Below are positions 26,621 through 36,180 of a stretch of 64,000 nucleotides of DNA, one piece after another. The DNA comes from Candidatus Omnitrophota bacterium. GTDB taxonomy: Bacteria > Omnitrophota > Gorgyraeia > Duberdicusellales > 4484-171. The stretch spans positions 182,315-246,314 of the forward strand of contig JBAZGN010000001.1 in assembly GCA_041652815.1 (NCBI GenBank). Reading direction: 5' to 3'. The stretch's first letter is position 1, and each line of letters begins with the position of its first letter. The notes under the pieces were generated by a model. It was not told the DNA's origin. It did not search any database and was given only the letters and a program-made list of their open reading frames with translations. A program made the translations under genes and the position numbers.

Positions 26621-27112
26621 TTAAATTACTAAACTGTTTATATTTTTTCTTCTGCCTTTTATGGAATAGGTGATTGGTTTACCTATAGCTATCACTGATT
26701 CCAATTGTAAATTTTTGGGGAGATTAAAAAGTTTATGGATATCTTTGCGTTTATTTAAAATTTCACCGAGCCAGCAGGCACCGAGTTTAAGCGAGTGAAT
26801 ACATAAAAGCATATTTTGAATACAGGCGCCGAGCGCCATTAAATCTTTCTCTAAGTTATAAGAAGAATTTTTATCTAAAAAAACCAGGATAATCTTATCT
26901 GCGCCTTTTATTATATAGCTATAATGCGTAAATTTTGCTAGTGCGTCTTTGCTCTCTCCTTCCAAAACCATAAACCGCCAAGGCTGGTTGTTTAATCCTG
27001 ACGGTGCCCATCGGCCTGCTTCTAAAATTTTTTCTATGATTTTAGAAGGAATGTTGACTTTTTTAAATTTTCGAATTGAACGGCGGGATTTGATTAAATC
27101 TAATACGCTCAT
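26621..27112 (-). CDS. Nitroreductase-family flavoprotein
   Basis: RRSIRKF...WAPSGLNNQPWRF is the classic nitroreductase N-terminus. Confidence 0.75.
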   Translation of the reverse strand: MSVLDLIKSRRSIRKFKKVNIPSKIIEKILEAGRWAPSGLNNQPWRFMVLEGESKDALAKFTHYSYIIKGADKIILVFLDKNSSYNLEKDLMALGACIQNMLLCIHSLKLGACWLGEILNKRKDIHKLFNLPKNLQLESVIAIGKPITYSIKGRRKNINSLVI

Positions 27113-27130
27113 AAGACGGAATAATTTTTG

Positions 27131-28234
27131 CTATGTAAGCCAGTAACCGAGTTCTTGGAGTATCCTTGGTTTATCCTGCCAATCCCTTAAGACTGTTACC
27201 CAGATATCCAGAAAAACTTTTTTATTGAAAATTGCTTCTATTTCCTTGCGTGCTTCTCTGCCAATTTCTTTTAAAAGTTCTCCCTTGGCACCGATTACTA
27301 TCTTTTTCTGCGAGGGGCGGTTTACATAAATATTTACCCTTACATGAACGAACCCGGTTTTTGCAAGGCCTTGCGGAACGCTTAATGCAGAAAGCAAAGA
27401 ATCTTCGCTTTCTTCAATTCCTTCAGCTTCAATCTCTTCTTCCTCAGGCGCTTCCTGCAGGTCATCTTCTATTTCTTCTTCTATTCCCACCTCTCCGCCA
27501 GCTTCATATGTTTCTTCTGTCTCTTCAATCTTGCCGCCTTGAGGCATATCCTTAATTGCCCTAACTTCAACAGCTAACGAGTGTGGTAATTCTTTCGCTA
27601 ACACAAGAAATAATTTTTCCCTTACGATATCGGCTATACGGAATTTAAGCGGGAAATCAGTCAATGTTTTATTGTCGTAAAAAGGCACTTGCCCTGGAAG
27701 ATTCTCTACAATCACGTCGCGAAGAACATCGATATTTTTATTTAATTTTGCCGAAATAGGCAGGTAATAAACCAAGGGGTCGTCTTTTATGCCTTTGTTG
27801 CTTATTATTTTTCTCCAGCAGTCTATATATTCATTTAGAGCCTTCGTTCCCAAATCAAGCTTATTTAACACCATTATGGTTTTTATGTTCTGCTGGGTAA
27901 GAAAATTCACTATCTCGAGTTCCTCTTTTCCGAAAACGCGCGAGATATCAACTACGTACAAAATCAAATCGCAGCCTTCAATTGACTGCTTGGCAATTGT
28001 ATTTAGCTGGGTGGCAAGATTATCCTTAAATGAGTGTATACCGGGAGTATCGACAAAAACAACTTGCGCGGCTTTTAAATTCAAAATGCCTTTTATTTGG
28101 TGACGGGTAGTTTGGGGGATAGGCGAAACAATGCTTATTTTCGTTTTCAATAACGCATTAAGCATTGTGGATTTACCGACATTGGGCCGGCCCATAATTG
28201 CTACGAAACCTGACTTAAAGTTTTCGTTGATCAT
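27131..28234 (-). CDS. era: GTPase Era with a ~50-aa poly-acidic insertion before the KH domain
   Basis: G1 GRPNVGKST, G3 DTPG, G4 NKLD, and a C-terminal KH fold (VIGAKGELLKEIGREARKEIE). The insert reads ETEETYEAGGEVGIEEEIEDDLQEAPEEEEIEAEGIEESED. Confidence 0.85.
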   Translation of the reverse strand: MINENFKSGFVAIMGRPNVGKSTMLNALLKTKISIVSPIPQTTRHQIKGILNLKAAQVVFVDTPGIHSFKDNLATQLNTIAKQSIEGCDLILYVVDISRVFGKEELEIVNFLTQQNIKTIMVLNKLDLGTKALNEYIDCWRKIISNKGIKDDPLVYYLPISAKLNKNIDVLRDVIVENLPGQVPFYDNKTLTDFPLKFRIADIVREKLFLVLAKELPHSLAVEVRAIKDMPQGGKIEETEETYEAGGEVGIEEEIEDDLQEAPEEEEIEAEGIEESEDSLLSALSVPQGLAKTGFVHVRVNIYVNRPSQKKIVIGAKGELLKEIGREARKEIEAIFNKKVFLDIWVTVLRDWQDKPRILQELGYWLT

Positions 28235-28414
28235 AATTTTTTTGCACAGATAAAGGTTGCGTTAATCGGTTGCGGTTACGCTACTCGTTACGTCCATCGT
28301 CAATCGGTTGCGTTTGGAAGACGATAGACGATTAACGCAGCCGAAACTAGTGGCGCAACCGCAAGACGTATGACGATATGCTGAATCTATGATCATCTGC
28401 TATCTTACCTGCGA

Positions 28415-29548
28415 TCATCTGTTTCTAAAATATTCATCCAGCCCTCTAACATACTCTTCCAAAACTTTTATGCCTTTATCCAGATTAGCTATTTTAACTG
28501 ATTCATTTTTTGCGTGGGCGTTTCCTTTTGAGCCGAAACCGAAAGCAAAAGATTCAATCCCGATATCTTTTAAGAAGGTTATTACAGTTGCGCCAAAACT
28601 TGGGGCTATTTTTCCTTCTATATTATTTTTTTTAAGAACGCTGCGCAATATCTTAATCACCGGAATATTTTTATCTATCTCAAGCGGGCTTTGATGAGCC
28701 AATATTTTTATTTTATATTTTATTTTCTGCTTCTTTATTATTTTTTCTATATTCTTTATAATCTCTTTCTCCTTCATTTTCGGCAGGTATCTTATATCTA
28801 TATCGAAAAAAGCGTAGCCGGCAACTATATTTACTTTATCTCCTCCGACGAACCTTCCTATATTTAAAGTGGGTTTCTTTAATAAAGTATGCGTAGCAAA
28901 CGGAAACTTTCTTTTTAAAATCTCATTTAGTATAAATACTCCTTTCTCTACTGCATTTATTCCTCTCTCCGGATATGCTCCGTGCGCCTCGCGTCCAGTG
29001 AGTTCAACTCTCAGATGCAGGAGCCCTTTTTGTGCAACAACAATATCAAACTCGTCAGCATCTAACACAATTGCATAGTCCGCTCCTTTTAGATGTTTCA
29101 CAAGCGGAATTATACCGTTGTGGCTGCCGGTTTCTTCATCGCCGGTAAAGGCAAAAACCAAATCGATGTTTTTGAGAGTTGTTTTTTCTTCTTTTAGTTT
29201 TTTTATGAGATAAAGCGCAGCTGCCACATTAATTTTACAATCAGTTGCGCCTCTGCCATACATTCTTCCTTTATATATTTTTGCAGAAAGCGGAGGCACG
29301 TGCCATTTACCGTTTGCCGGCACTGTATCAACGTGAGGAGTAAACAGAATCTTTTTCTTTGGATTTTTTGAAGTTAATTTACAGACTAAATTGAGCCTGT
29401 CTTTTTTAAATTCATAAATTTTAGAAGCAATACCCAAGCTTTTAAGATAGTTACGGATGAAATAAATTATCTTTCTTTCGTTACCCGGGGGGTTTTGTGA
29501 ATCTATCTTAATTAGTTTTTGAAGCAAATTTATCGGGCTCTGTTTCAT
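28415..29548 (-). CDS. M20-family metallopeptidase (ArgE/DapE-like deacylase)
   Basis: HVDTVP, GRGATDCK, a dimerisation domain, and a C-terminal metal-ligand block. Confidence 0.75.
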   Translation of the reverse strand: MKQSPINLLQKLIKIDSQNPPGNERKIIYFIRNYLKSLGIASKIYEFKKDRLNLVCKLTSKNPKKKILFTPHVDTVPANGKWHVPPLSAKIYKGRMYGRGATDCKINVAAALYLIKKLKEEKTTLKNIDLVFAFTGDEETGSHNGIIPLVKHLKGADYAIVLDADEFDIVVAQKGLLHLRVELTGREAHGAYPERGINAVEKGVFILNEILKRKFPFATHTLLKKPTLNIGRFVGGDKVNIVAGYAFFDIDIRYLPKMKEKEIIKNIEKIIKKQKIKYKIKILAHQSPLEIDKNIPVIKILRSVLKKNNIEGKIAPSFGATVITFLKDIGIESFAFGFGSKGNAHAKNESVKIANLDKGIKVLEEYVRGLDEYFRNR

Positions 29549-31481
29549 ATGTTTCCTTTAAAGATAAGCTTAAGAATTCTCCTTTTAGAGGATTATACCC
29601 TAAATAAGCAATAAGAAAATAGGCTGAAGAAGAAAGGGAACCAGTTTTGTCTCCGCCTGGAGTGCGCCAGCCATGGCCGGTATCAACCTGCGCGCTCGAT
29701 GCGTAAGGCAGGCACGGGTCTTCCACCCCTATTTTTGAGGCAGAGGTAATAAGCATCTTCTGCAACTCGTTGGAATAGAAAACAGATTTATTTAAGTAAT
29801 CCCTAGATTTACCGGGATCCTTCAATTTATAGTAGTCTGCCATTATTTCGAAAGAAAGAATCATCTGCGCGGTCCACTCGCAAGATATAATTCCTCCGCG
29901 CGCGCAGTTCCTGAATTTAGCGAAGTCGAAACCCCTTACAAAAATTTCTCCTTCTTTGCGTTTAAAGTTTGCGGCTACCTCGCAATTTTCAACTGCAAAT
30001 TCAAGTATCCTTTCTGGGTTCATCTTTAAAGATATAAGTTCATCCACGCCAAAAGCCGTAACCGACCAAGCATAGGTGTCAGTTGCTATCGTGCTATCAC
30101 CCTTGCCTCTATTAACCGGCGGGCCGTAGCTGGTATATGCATATTTAGAAATCCATTTTTTTATTTTCCCGGCAGCATCACGGTATTTATTATTTTTGGT
30201 TATTTTGTAAAAAGAATCAAAAAAAGCAAAAGCATCGAGATTGTGTTCCGTAGAATACCACTCAACTTCCGGGCCGCCCCTTATGCCACCTTCACGATCC
30301 ATCATTTCCAAAAGAAAATCAGAAACTTTTTCAGCAATGGGAAGGTATTTTGCATTCTTGGTTTCTTTATAATAATTGAGGACAGCTATGCCTATCCAGG
30401 CATTCGGCCCGCTATGGACAACATATTCTGCGCAATCACCCTGGGTATAATACGCATTGAATATGTTTTCCCTTTTATTTATTTTGTTTAAATAAAAATC
30501 AAAAATCTTTTCTGCCCGGGGCTTGTCGTTTAAAATGACAAAGGTAATTGCGGCAAGTGCCTGGTCATAGGTAAAACTTATCTTTTTAAGGCTTTCGTCG
30601 CCTTCGTAGCTTAAGACAAGGCCGCTTACCAGGTCCTGGCGGTTTTTTATCCAGGAATATATGCCTTTAATTACTTTATCTTTTGCGTATATTTTTTCAC
30701 GCTCTAAATCTTTGAATTCTCTTTTTAGGCCAATAGCTGCTTCGTTATATTCTTTTTGTTTTACCTTTAAAAAATCGCTTTCTTTGCGTAAAATCTCGAT
30801 TTCTTTCTGCGTAGAATTTATTTTCTCGCTGAATAAACCTGAACCGTTATTTTCTTCTTTGGTATATTCTTTGAGCTGAGCTTCCAATAGAGTTATTTTT
30901 TCGTTTAAATCTTTCTGGCTTTCACCGAAAGAAGCGTTTTTAGTTTTTTCGTTGTCAATAAATTCCTTGAGGCCGCTGCTACGGTTTAAGATATTAACGT
31001 AATTTTTAACCAGGGACCTGTTTTCAACGGTAAGTATATGGGATTTCAAAAAGAAGGCTGACGCAAAAAGAAAAAGCGCAACCATTGCGCCGGTTGCGGC
31101 CAATGGGGTAAGTTTATGGAATAGTGCATAATAAAATAATTTTTTGGCGTCTTCGTCTTTTGCAAATAATTGAAGGCCTATTACATATCTATAGAAATCT
31201 TTTTGTCTCTCCTGGCAAGTCCAGGCTACTTTTGCGGATGATTCTATGGTTTGTTTTTTAAATGGTATGTTTATGTGCAGCAATAATTTGGCATCTCTGG
31301 TTTTAAGCTTATCCCAGAAACCCCACCAGAGGTCATTTATCAAAAGGCACAAGCCACCCCTGCCGATGTCATGGGTAAACCCCTGCAGCCAGGGAGTTAT
31401 TCGTTTATTCTCTTCGTCAATAATGCAAAATTCAATCGGTACAACAGTTGAAATCCTTATGTATTTTCTTCTATTATCCAT
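29508..31481 (-). CDS. PilZ-domain membrane protein fused to a C-terminal (alpha/alpha)6-barrel glycoside-hydrolase-like domain
   Basis: N-terminal PilZ motifs RRKYIR (RxxxR) and DIGRGGLCL (D/NxSxGG-like). One TM helix (ATGAMVALFLFASAFFL), a ~150-aa coiled coil, then a ~380-aa W/Y/G-rich domain (WIGIAVLNYY, DTYAWSV, GHGWRTPGGD) typical of six-hairpin glycosidases. Confidence 0.5.
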   Translation of the reverse strand: MDNRRKYIRISTVVPIEFCIIDEENKRITPWLQGFTHDIGRGGLCLLINDLWWGFWDKLKTRDAKLLLHINIPFKKQTIESSAKVAWTCQERQKDFYRYVIGLQLFAKDEDAKKLFYYALFHKLTPLAATGAMVALFLFASAFFLKSHILTVENRSLVKNYVNILNRSSGLKEFIDNEKTKNASFGESQKDLNEKITLLEAQLKEYTKEENNGSGLFSEKINSTQKEIEILRKESDFLKVKQKEYNEAAIGLKREFKDLEREKIYAKDKVIKGIYSWIKNRQDLVSGLVLSYEGDESLKKISFTYDQALAAITFVILNDKPRAEKIFDFYLNKINKRENIFNAYYTQGDCAEYVVHSGPNAWIGIAVLNYYKETKNAKYLPIAEKVSDFLLEMMDREGGIRGGPEVEWYSTEHNLDAFAFFDSFYKITKNNKYRDAAGKIKKWISKYAYTSYGPPVNRGKGDSTIATDTYAWSVTAFGVDELISLKMNPERILEFAVENCEVAANFKRKEGEIFVRGFDFAKFRNCARGGIISCEWTAQMILSFEIMADYYKLKDPGKSRDYLNKSVFYSNELQKMLITSASKIGVEDPCLPYASSAQVDTGHGWRTPGGDKTGSLSSSAYFLIAYLGYNPLKGEFLSLSLKETYETEPDKFASKTN

Positions 31482-31490
31482 ATTTTAAAC

Positions 31491-31567
31491 ACGAATCACC
31501 ACGAATTTGGAACGAATTGCCACGTCCCGCCCTTTAATATTTTTATTAGCGTGACGTGGCAATTCGT
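31491..31567 (-). promoter_or_regulatory. Phased ACGAAT x3 direct-repeat array merging into a 15-bp-stem hairpin, immediately 5' of the PilZ-fusion start codon
   Basis: ACGAATcaccACGAATttggaACGAATtgccacgtc-[26 nt]-gacgtggcaattcgt. The repeat spacing is 10 and 11 bp. The start codon is at 31481. Confidence 0.45.
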
Positions 31568-31569
31568 GT

Positions 31570-31749
31570 CCTAAGCTTTATATAACAGATTTTTTGCGAA
31601 TATGCAAACTTACCCGCGAATCAGTCCCGAGGTAACGTCGTGACGGTTCAGCCACCAAACCAGACCGAAGGTCGATTTAGGGCTGCCCTGAACCGAATTT
31701 ATTCTGGTTTAGGGCGGGGTTACGTCCATTACTACCAAGCAATAGAGCT
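31570..31749 (-). ncRNA. GC-rich structured 5' leader of the PilZ-fusion gene; candidate riboswitch (c-di-GMP-I/GEMM-like similarity noted, unverified)
   Basis: A 268-bp gap between co-directional genes with locally elevated GC. Read on the minus strand, GGACGUAACCCCGCCCUAAACC resembles the GGACGCAAAGCC...CCUAAACC core of GEMM-I aptamers (Vc2-type); this is recalled from memory, not searched. Confidence 0.3.
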
Positions 31750-32133
31750 TCATATCTGGCTGGATGACTTAAGTTTTTTAAGTTTACTTAGAAACGCGGT
31801 GAATTTCTGGTGCTTTCTTAAGTTTTCAAGGTCCGGGTCTTCAAGTATGTAAGAAAGGTCGTCATAGCCGAAAAGAATTGCCTTCTTGAGCTCTTTGAAT
31901 GCTTCCTCTATTTCTCCCATCAAAGAAAGGCTGCAGGCAAAATTATAGCGGGCAACAGGGTCTTCTGGCTTTAAGCTGACTAACTTTCTATCAACCTCAA
32001 GGCCTTCTTCGTAAAAGCCTTTTCTGGTATAGGCGTCGCCGAGGGTAGCAAGTGCGTGGAAAAAGTTAGGGTTTTTTGAAAGCAGGCCTTCGTAAAATCT
32101 GATTTCGAAATCTTTTCTTTTCCTTTTTGCCAT
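31750..32133 (-). CDS. TPR-repeat protein
   Basis: Three or more TPR-like helical repeats (ALATLGDAYTRKGFYEEGLE...). Confidence 0.55.
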   Translation of the reverse strand: MAKRKRKDFEIRFYEGLLSKNPNFFHALATLGDAYTRKGFYEEGLEVDRKLVSLKPEDPVARYNFACSLSLMGEIEEAFKELKKAILFGYDDLSYILEDPDLENLRKHQKFTAFLSKLKKLKSSSQI

Positions 32134-32174
32134 GTCGCCTCACTCCATTACACAGATTACACAGATGTTTTATA

Positions 32175-32320
32175 AAATAATCAATAACCAAGATACAAGA
32201 TACAAACAAATCTCAATATCCAATAACCAAACGAAGATGTTGGTCATTGTTTGGTTATTGAGATTTGATTATTGGTCATTGTTTGGTTATTGTATCTTGG
32301 AGCTTGGTTATTTCTCCAGC
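32175..32320. repeat. Copy C of the 'ggttattg' palindromic repeat family
   Basis: aatcaataaccaagatacaagatacaaacaa ... attgtttggttattgtatcttggagcttggttatttctccagctat. The 3' end is identical to copy A. Confidence 0.7.
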
Positions 32321-32325
32321 TATCG

Positions 32326-34692
32326 CTAATAACTATTTGTGATTATCTGTGTTTTTTCCAAAATCGCTTCTTCCTTTAAAAGATAAAATATTTCTTCCAT
32401 ATTCTTCTTAAATTCTTTATATTCAGCCGGCTCGATGAACCTTTTAATTACATCAAACTCCCTGTATATATCTATTGAATTTTCATTTTGACTGCATACG
32501 GATTTGAACTTAAACCATGGGGTATTGATTTCTTTGCTTGTAGGAAGAAATTTTACCTGTAAATTCTCCGGCAGGTTTATTTTTATTTTTGATGCTTTTT
32601 TAAATATACCTTCAAACTCTATCGGGAAATTCCTTTGTTCTTTACCGGCGTAGGAAGTATCTATGTCTATATCGTCAAAAAAAGGAAGTATTCTTAAGCC
32701 ATTCGCAGGGTTTAAAACTTTTTTGGCACTGAATGAATACTGTAAAGATGCGTCTTTATCAAAATCATCCACGTTACCCGCATTATATTTTATGAGTTTG
32801 GAAAACGGGCTTATCTGAACCATTCTTTTTTGTATGTCGTCTTTCAGGACGTCCGGATGCGTGTACTTTAAATAGTAACGCTGAATGCTCGCAAAAAAGC
32901 CCGTAGCTGTTATTTTTCTGTTAATTATGGCGTCTTCATTCCTGTCGATATCTATTTGCATCTCATAAAATACCTTGTTTTCTTCCAATACCGGCGTTGT
33001 CGTAATTTCATATTTGTTGTCTAAAATCACAAAGACATTTCTCTCCTGGTCCGAAAGCGGAATGTCCGAAAAACTAACAGTTGAAGCTGTCGCATCCATA
33101 AAAATCATTTTTCCTTCGTATAAAAGAACAGCTATTGCATGGTTAAAATTAACGCAGGGGAAATCTTTTTGCATTTGATAAATTTCTCTTGTCGAAATAA
33201 GAACCGGGTAAGCCTTAAGGCCAGATTCTTTCATCATCGCAACTAAAAGTATGGCTTTATCTTTACAATCGCCGTAACGGTTTACGAAAATATCATTTGC
33301 ATAATGCGGCTCGTAACCGCTTTCACCGTATTCAACGGCAACATAGCGCACATTACGGGAACAAAAATCATAGATTCTTTTTGCTTTTTCTAGGTCATCC
33401 TTTGCATCTTTTATGAGGTTTGCCGTAAATTTTTTTACTTCTTTATTCAAGACTATTTTGTCTTTATAAAGGCTGTGCCACCATTTATAAATTTCTTCCC
33501 AACTTGAAAAGTTAGATATGCCTATTGCCGGGTTAATAATGGAAATCGAAGGCATTGGCTCTTCCGGGATAATCGGCTCAAGCTCTTTGAATTTCCACGA
33601 ATAGATAATAGATTTTTCTGTTTCTTCTTTTACCGGCTTTAAATTTATTCCTTTAGCATACGCTTCGTTGAAGAACTTTAATTCTACCTTGTTTTTCCTG
33701 GGCACGGTAAGCTTAAAATTAGCTTTTGCCAAAGGATATGCTTCCCGCAGGCGGTATATAAAACTGAACTTGCCGTCAGTGATTAACTTTGACGAATAAA
33801 TTTTGAATTTATATTCTATTATAGAACCAATATCAACCGAAGGCATGGAAATTATAAGAGCCCTGGCATTGCTATAAAGAGGAAAATTAAGGTATTTGGT
33901 GACATCCCTTGTATTCTCATCTCCGGCATAAATTACTCGTCCGCTAGGGGTAATTGTCCGGGCATATTCAAGCTCAACTCTTTCGTAAGTTGAATCATAG
34001 CCGATTTCTACCTCTGCCAGGTCTTTCCCTTTTTCTTTTAAAACTTTCTGCGCCACATAAACGTTCGCTACAGAAGTATTATCATCTTTTATCTGGTGGT
34101 CTTCATCTACGAACAAAACCACTGCCTCTTCTTTGTCGATACTTGAAATAAATTTTTGCTCCTCCTGAAGAAGCGCCTTTAAAGATTGCGGCATTCCCTC
34201 TTCTACTTTAAGCCCTATTTTTGAAATACGCTTTTTTGCTTGCGGCTCAAATTCACCTTTAACCTTGCTGTAAATTGCAATCGCCTTTGGATAAAGATTC
34301 TTCGATTCAAGGGTTGCCGCGTACAAATACATATACTCGCTGTCAACGGTTTCTCCAACCTGGTCAAAGATATCTAAGGCGTTGGAATATTCTTTGAGGC
34401 TTGCGTATGCCTTGGCAAGCATGATTTTTGCTTTTACATCAGTTTCGTTTTTAAGCAACACAACCACCTTTTCAAAATCTTTGAAATCGTAATAAATTTG
34501 TGCTAATTTTATACGCAAGCTCAAATCCTTCGGGTTTTTGCTGATAAGTTCTTCATAATATCGAGTCTCTTTTTTATAAATTTCGTGCAGTGTCCCGGGC
34601 TCATATTTACAGCCGCAAAGAAAGATAAATAAAGATAGCCATAAAAATAGGCCTTGGGTTGGAACAGACGTTTTTTTTGTTATTACTTTCAT
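32326..34692 (-). CDS. Transglutaminase-like cysteine-protease superfamily lipoprotein with N-terminal TPR and DUF3857-like region
   Basis: Lipobox LFIFLCGCKY, TPR repeats, and the transglutaminase core YGDCKDKAILLVAMMKESGLKAYPV with the catalytic Cys. Confidence 0.7.
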   Translation of the reverse strand: MKVITKKTSVPTQGLFLWLSLFIFLCGCKYEPGTLHEIYKKETRYYEELISKNPKDLSLRIKLAQIYYDFKDFEKVVVLLKNETDVKAKIMLAKAYASLKEYSNALDIFDQVGETVDSEYMYLYAATLESKNLYPKAIAIYSKVKGEFEPQAKKRISKIGLKVEEGMPQSLKALLQEEQKFISSIDKEEAVVLFVDEDHQIKDDNTSVANVYVAQKVLKEKGKDLAEVEIGYDSTYERVELEYARTITPSGRVIYAGDENTRDVTKYLNFPLYSNARALIISMPSVDIGSIIEYKFKIYSSKLITDGKFSFIYRLREAYPLAKANFKLTVPRKNKVELKFFNEAYAKGINLKPVKEETEKSIIYSWKFKELEPIIPEEPMPSISIINPAIGISNFSSWEEIYKWWHSLYKDKIVLNKEVKKFTANLIKDAKDDLEKAKRIYDFCSRNVRYVAVEYGESGYEPHYANDIFVNRYGDCKDKAILLVAMMKESGLKAYPVLISTREIYQMQKDFPCVNFNHAIAVLLYEGKMIFMDATASTVSFSDIPLSDQERNVFVILDNKYEITTTPVLEENKVFYEMQIDIDRNEDAIINRKITATGFFASIQRYYLKYTHPDVLKDDIQKRMVQISPFSKLIKYNAGNVDDFDKDASLQYSFSAKKVLNPANGLRILPFFDDIDIDTSYAGKEQRNFPIEFEGIFKKASKIKINLPENLQVKFLPTSKEINTPWFKFKSVCSQNENSIDIYREFDVIKRFIEPAEYKEFKKNMEEIFYLLKEEAILEKTQIITNSY

Positions 34693-34734
34693 ATCTTTTT
34701 GTTTGAGGATTCTTCGAAAAATCGAAACTCTGAA

Positions 34735-35028
34735 TCAGGCGATTTTTCCTAGAACATCCTTTACTGGCTGGCCTTTTTTAATGCCTAATCTCGCTGCGGC
34801 AGAAGTACAGGAATGAACGCTTGCACATAGAGCGTCGTTTATGGTTCTAACCCCTACTATTTTTACGGCAACGTCATTAAATTTCTCGGCAACTTTTAAA
34901 TTAAGGTACCCGCACATTACATAACCGCGCCTGCCATGCAGAACAATTAAGTTTTTCGTCTTAAGCGGCATAAGTAGCGCGGTAATGTATTTTTTCCCAA
35001 CCCTAATCTTTTTGAAGAGAGCACGCAT
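34735..35028 (-). CDS. DUF1805 (YunC-like) small protein
   Basis: 97 aa carrying the GYVMCGYLN motif characteristic of DUF1805. Confidence 0.45.
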   Translation of the reverse strand: MRALFKKIRVGKKYITALLMPLKTKNLIVLHGRRGYVMCGYLNLKVAEKFNDVAVKIVGVRTINDALCASVHSCTSAAARLGIKKGQPVKDVLGKIA

Positions 35029-35031
35029 AAG

Positions 35032-36180
35032 TTATAATTTCTTCAGGAAACGTTCTATTCTTATTATTGCTTCTCTAAGATTATCCAGCGTATTGGCGTA
35101 AGAAATCCTGACATATGAGTCGTATTCTTTGCCAAAAGCTGTGCCCGGCACCAAAGCGACTTTCTCTTCAAAAAGCAAACGCTTTGCAAGCTCAAGTGAA
35201 CTTATCTTAAACTTTTTTACTGAAGGGAAACAATAGAATGCCCCCTCAGGCATAGGCATATTCATCCCTAACCTGTTTAATTCCTTAACGATAAAGTTTC
35301 TGCGCCGCTTATACTCATTGCGCATCTCTAAAACATCTTTCTGCGCTTTTAAAGCCTCAACCGCGGCAACTTGCGAAATAATCGGCGCACACATCATCGC
35401 GAAAGAATGAATCTTCGTCATCGCCTCAATGATTTGTTTGTTTGCGCAGGCATAACCCAACCTAAAACCCGTCATAGCATAAGCTTTTGAAAAGCCGTTT
35501 AAAAGTATTGTTCGCTCTCTGGCTCCTTCGTCAAGCGAGGGAAAAGATTTTGTTTTACCTTCATAGATAAGCTCATCGTAAACTTCATCGCTAATGACGA
35601 TTGTGTCCTTGCTTTTAATCTGTTCCCAAATTCTATAAAGTTCTTTCGCATCATAAGCAGCGCCTGTCGGGTTAGAAGGATTATTCAGAATAATCGCTTT
35701 AGGGTTCGTTTTAAGCGCTGCTTTTAATTTCTTAATGTCTATTTTAAAATTATTTTCCTGCGTGGTTGGGACATAAATCACGCTGCCCCCGGCAATTTCT
35801 ACCAGCGCCGGATAAGCGACAAAATGCGGGCTAATAACAATAACTTTGTCGCCTTTAGAAATAATAGAGCGGATAGCTAAATCAAGGCCCTCGCTCACCC
35901 CTACGGTAATTAAAACTTCTTCTTCCGGGTTATATTTTAAGGAGTGCCTTTTTTCCATAAAATTAGAAACCGCTTCCCTTAAAACAAAAAGGCCTTTGTT
36001 GGAGGTATAAGAAGTCATTCCCTCTTCAAGCGCGGTGATAGCTCTTTCTCTTATGCGCCAGGGCGTAACAAAGTCTGGCTCGCCCACGCCTAAAGATATA
36101 ACTTCGGGCATGCCGAGCACTAAATCAAAAAACTGCCTTATTCCTGAAGGCGCCAGGTTTTTAATGTGTTTTGAAATCAT
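35032..36180 (-). CDS. Class I/II PLP-dependent aminotransferase (aspartate/aromatic aminotransferase-like)
   Basis: NPSNPTG, SKAYAMTGFRLGY (the PLP lysine region) and overall fold-type I layout. Confidence 0.8.
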   Translation of the reverse strand: MISKHIKNLAPSGIRQFFDLVLGMPEVISLGVGEPDFVTPWRIRERAITALEEGMTSYTSNKGLFVLREAVSNFMEKRHSLKYNPEEEVLITVGVSEGLDLAIRSIISKGDKVIVISPHFVAYPALVEIAGGSVIYVPTTQENNFKIDIKKLKAALKTNPKAIILNNPSNPTGAAYDAKELYRIWEQIKSKDTIVISDEVYDELIYEGKTKSFPSLDEGARERTILLNGFSKAYAMTGFRLGYACANKQIIEAMTKIHSFAMMCAPIISQVAAVEALKAQKDVLEMRNEYKRRRNFIVKELNRLGMNMPMPEGAFYCFPSVKKFKISSLELAKRLLFEEKVALVPGTAFGKEYDSYVRISYANTLDNLREAIIRIERFLKKL

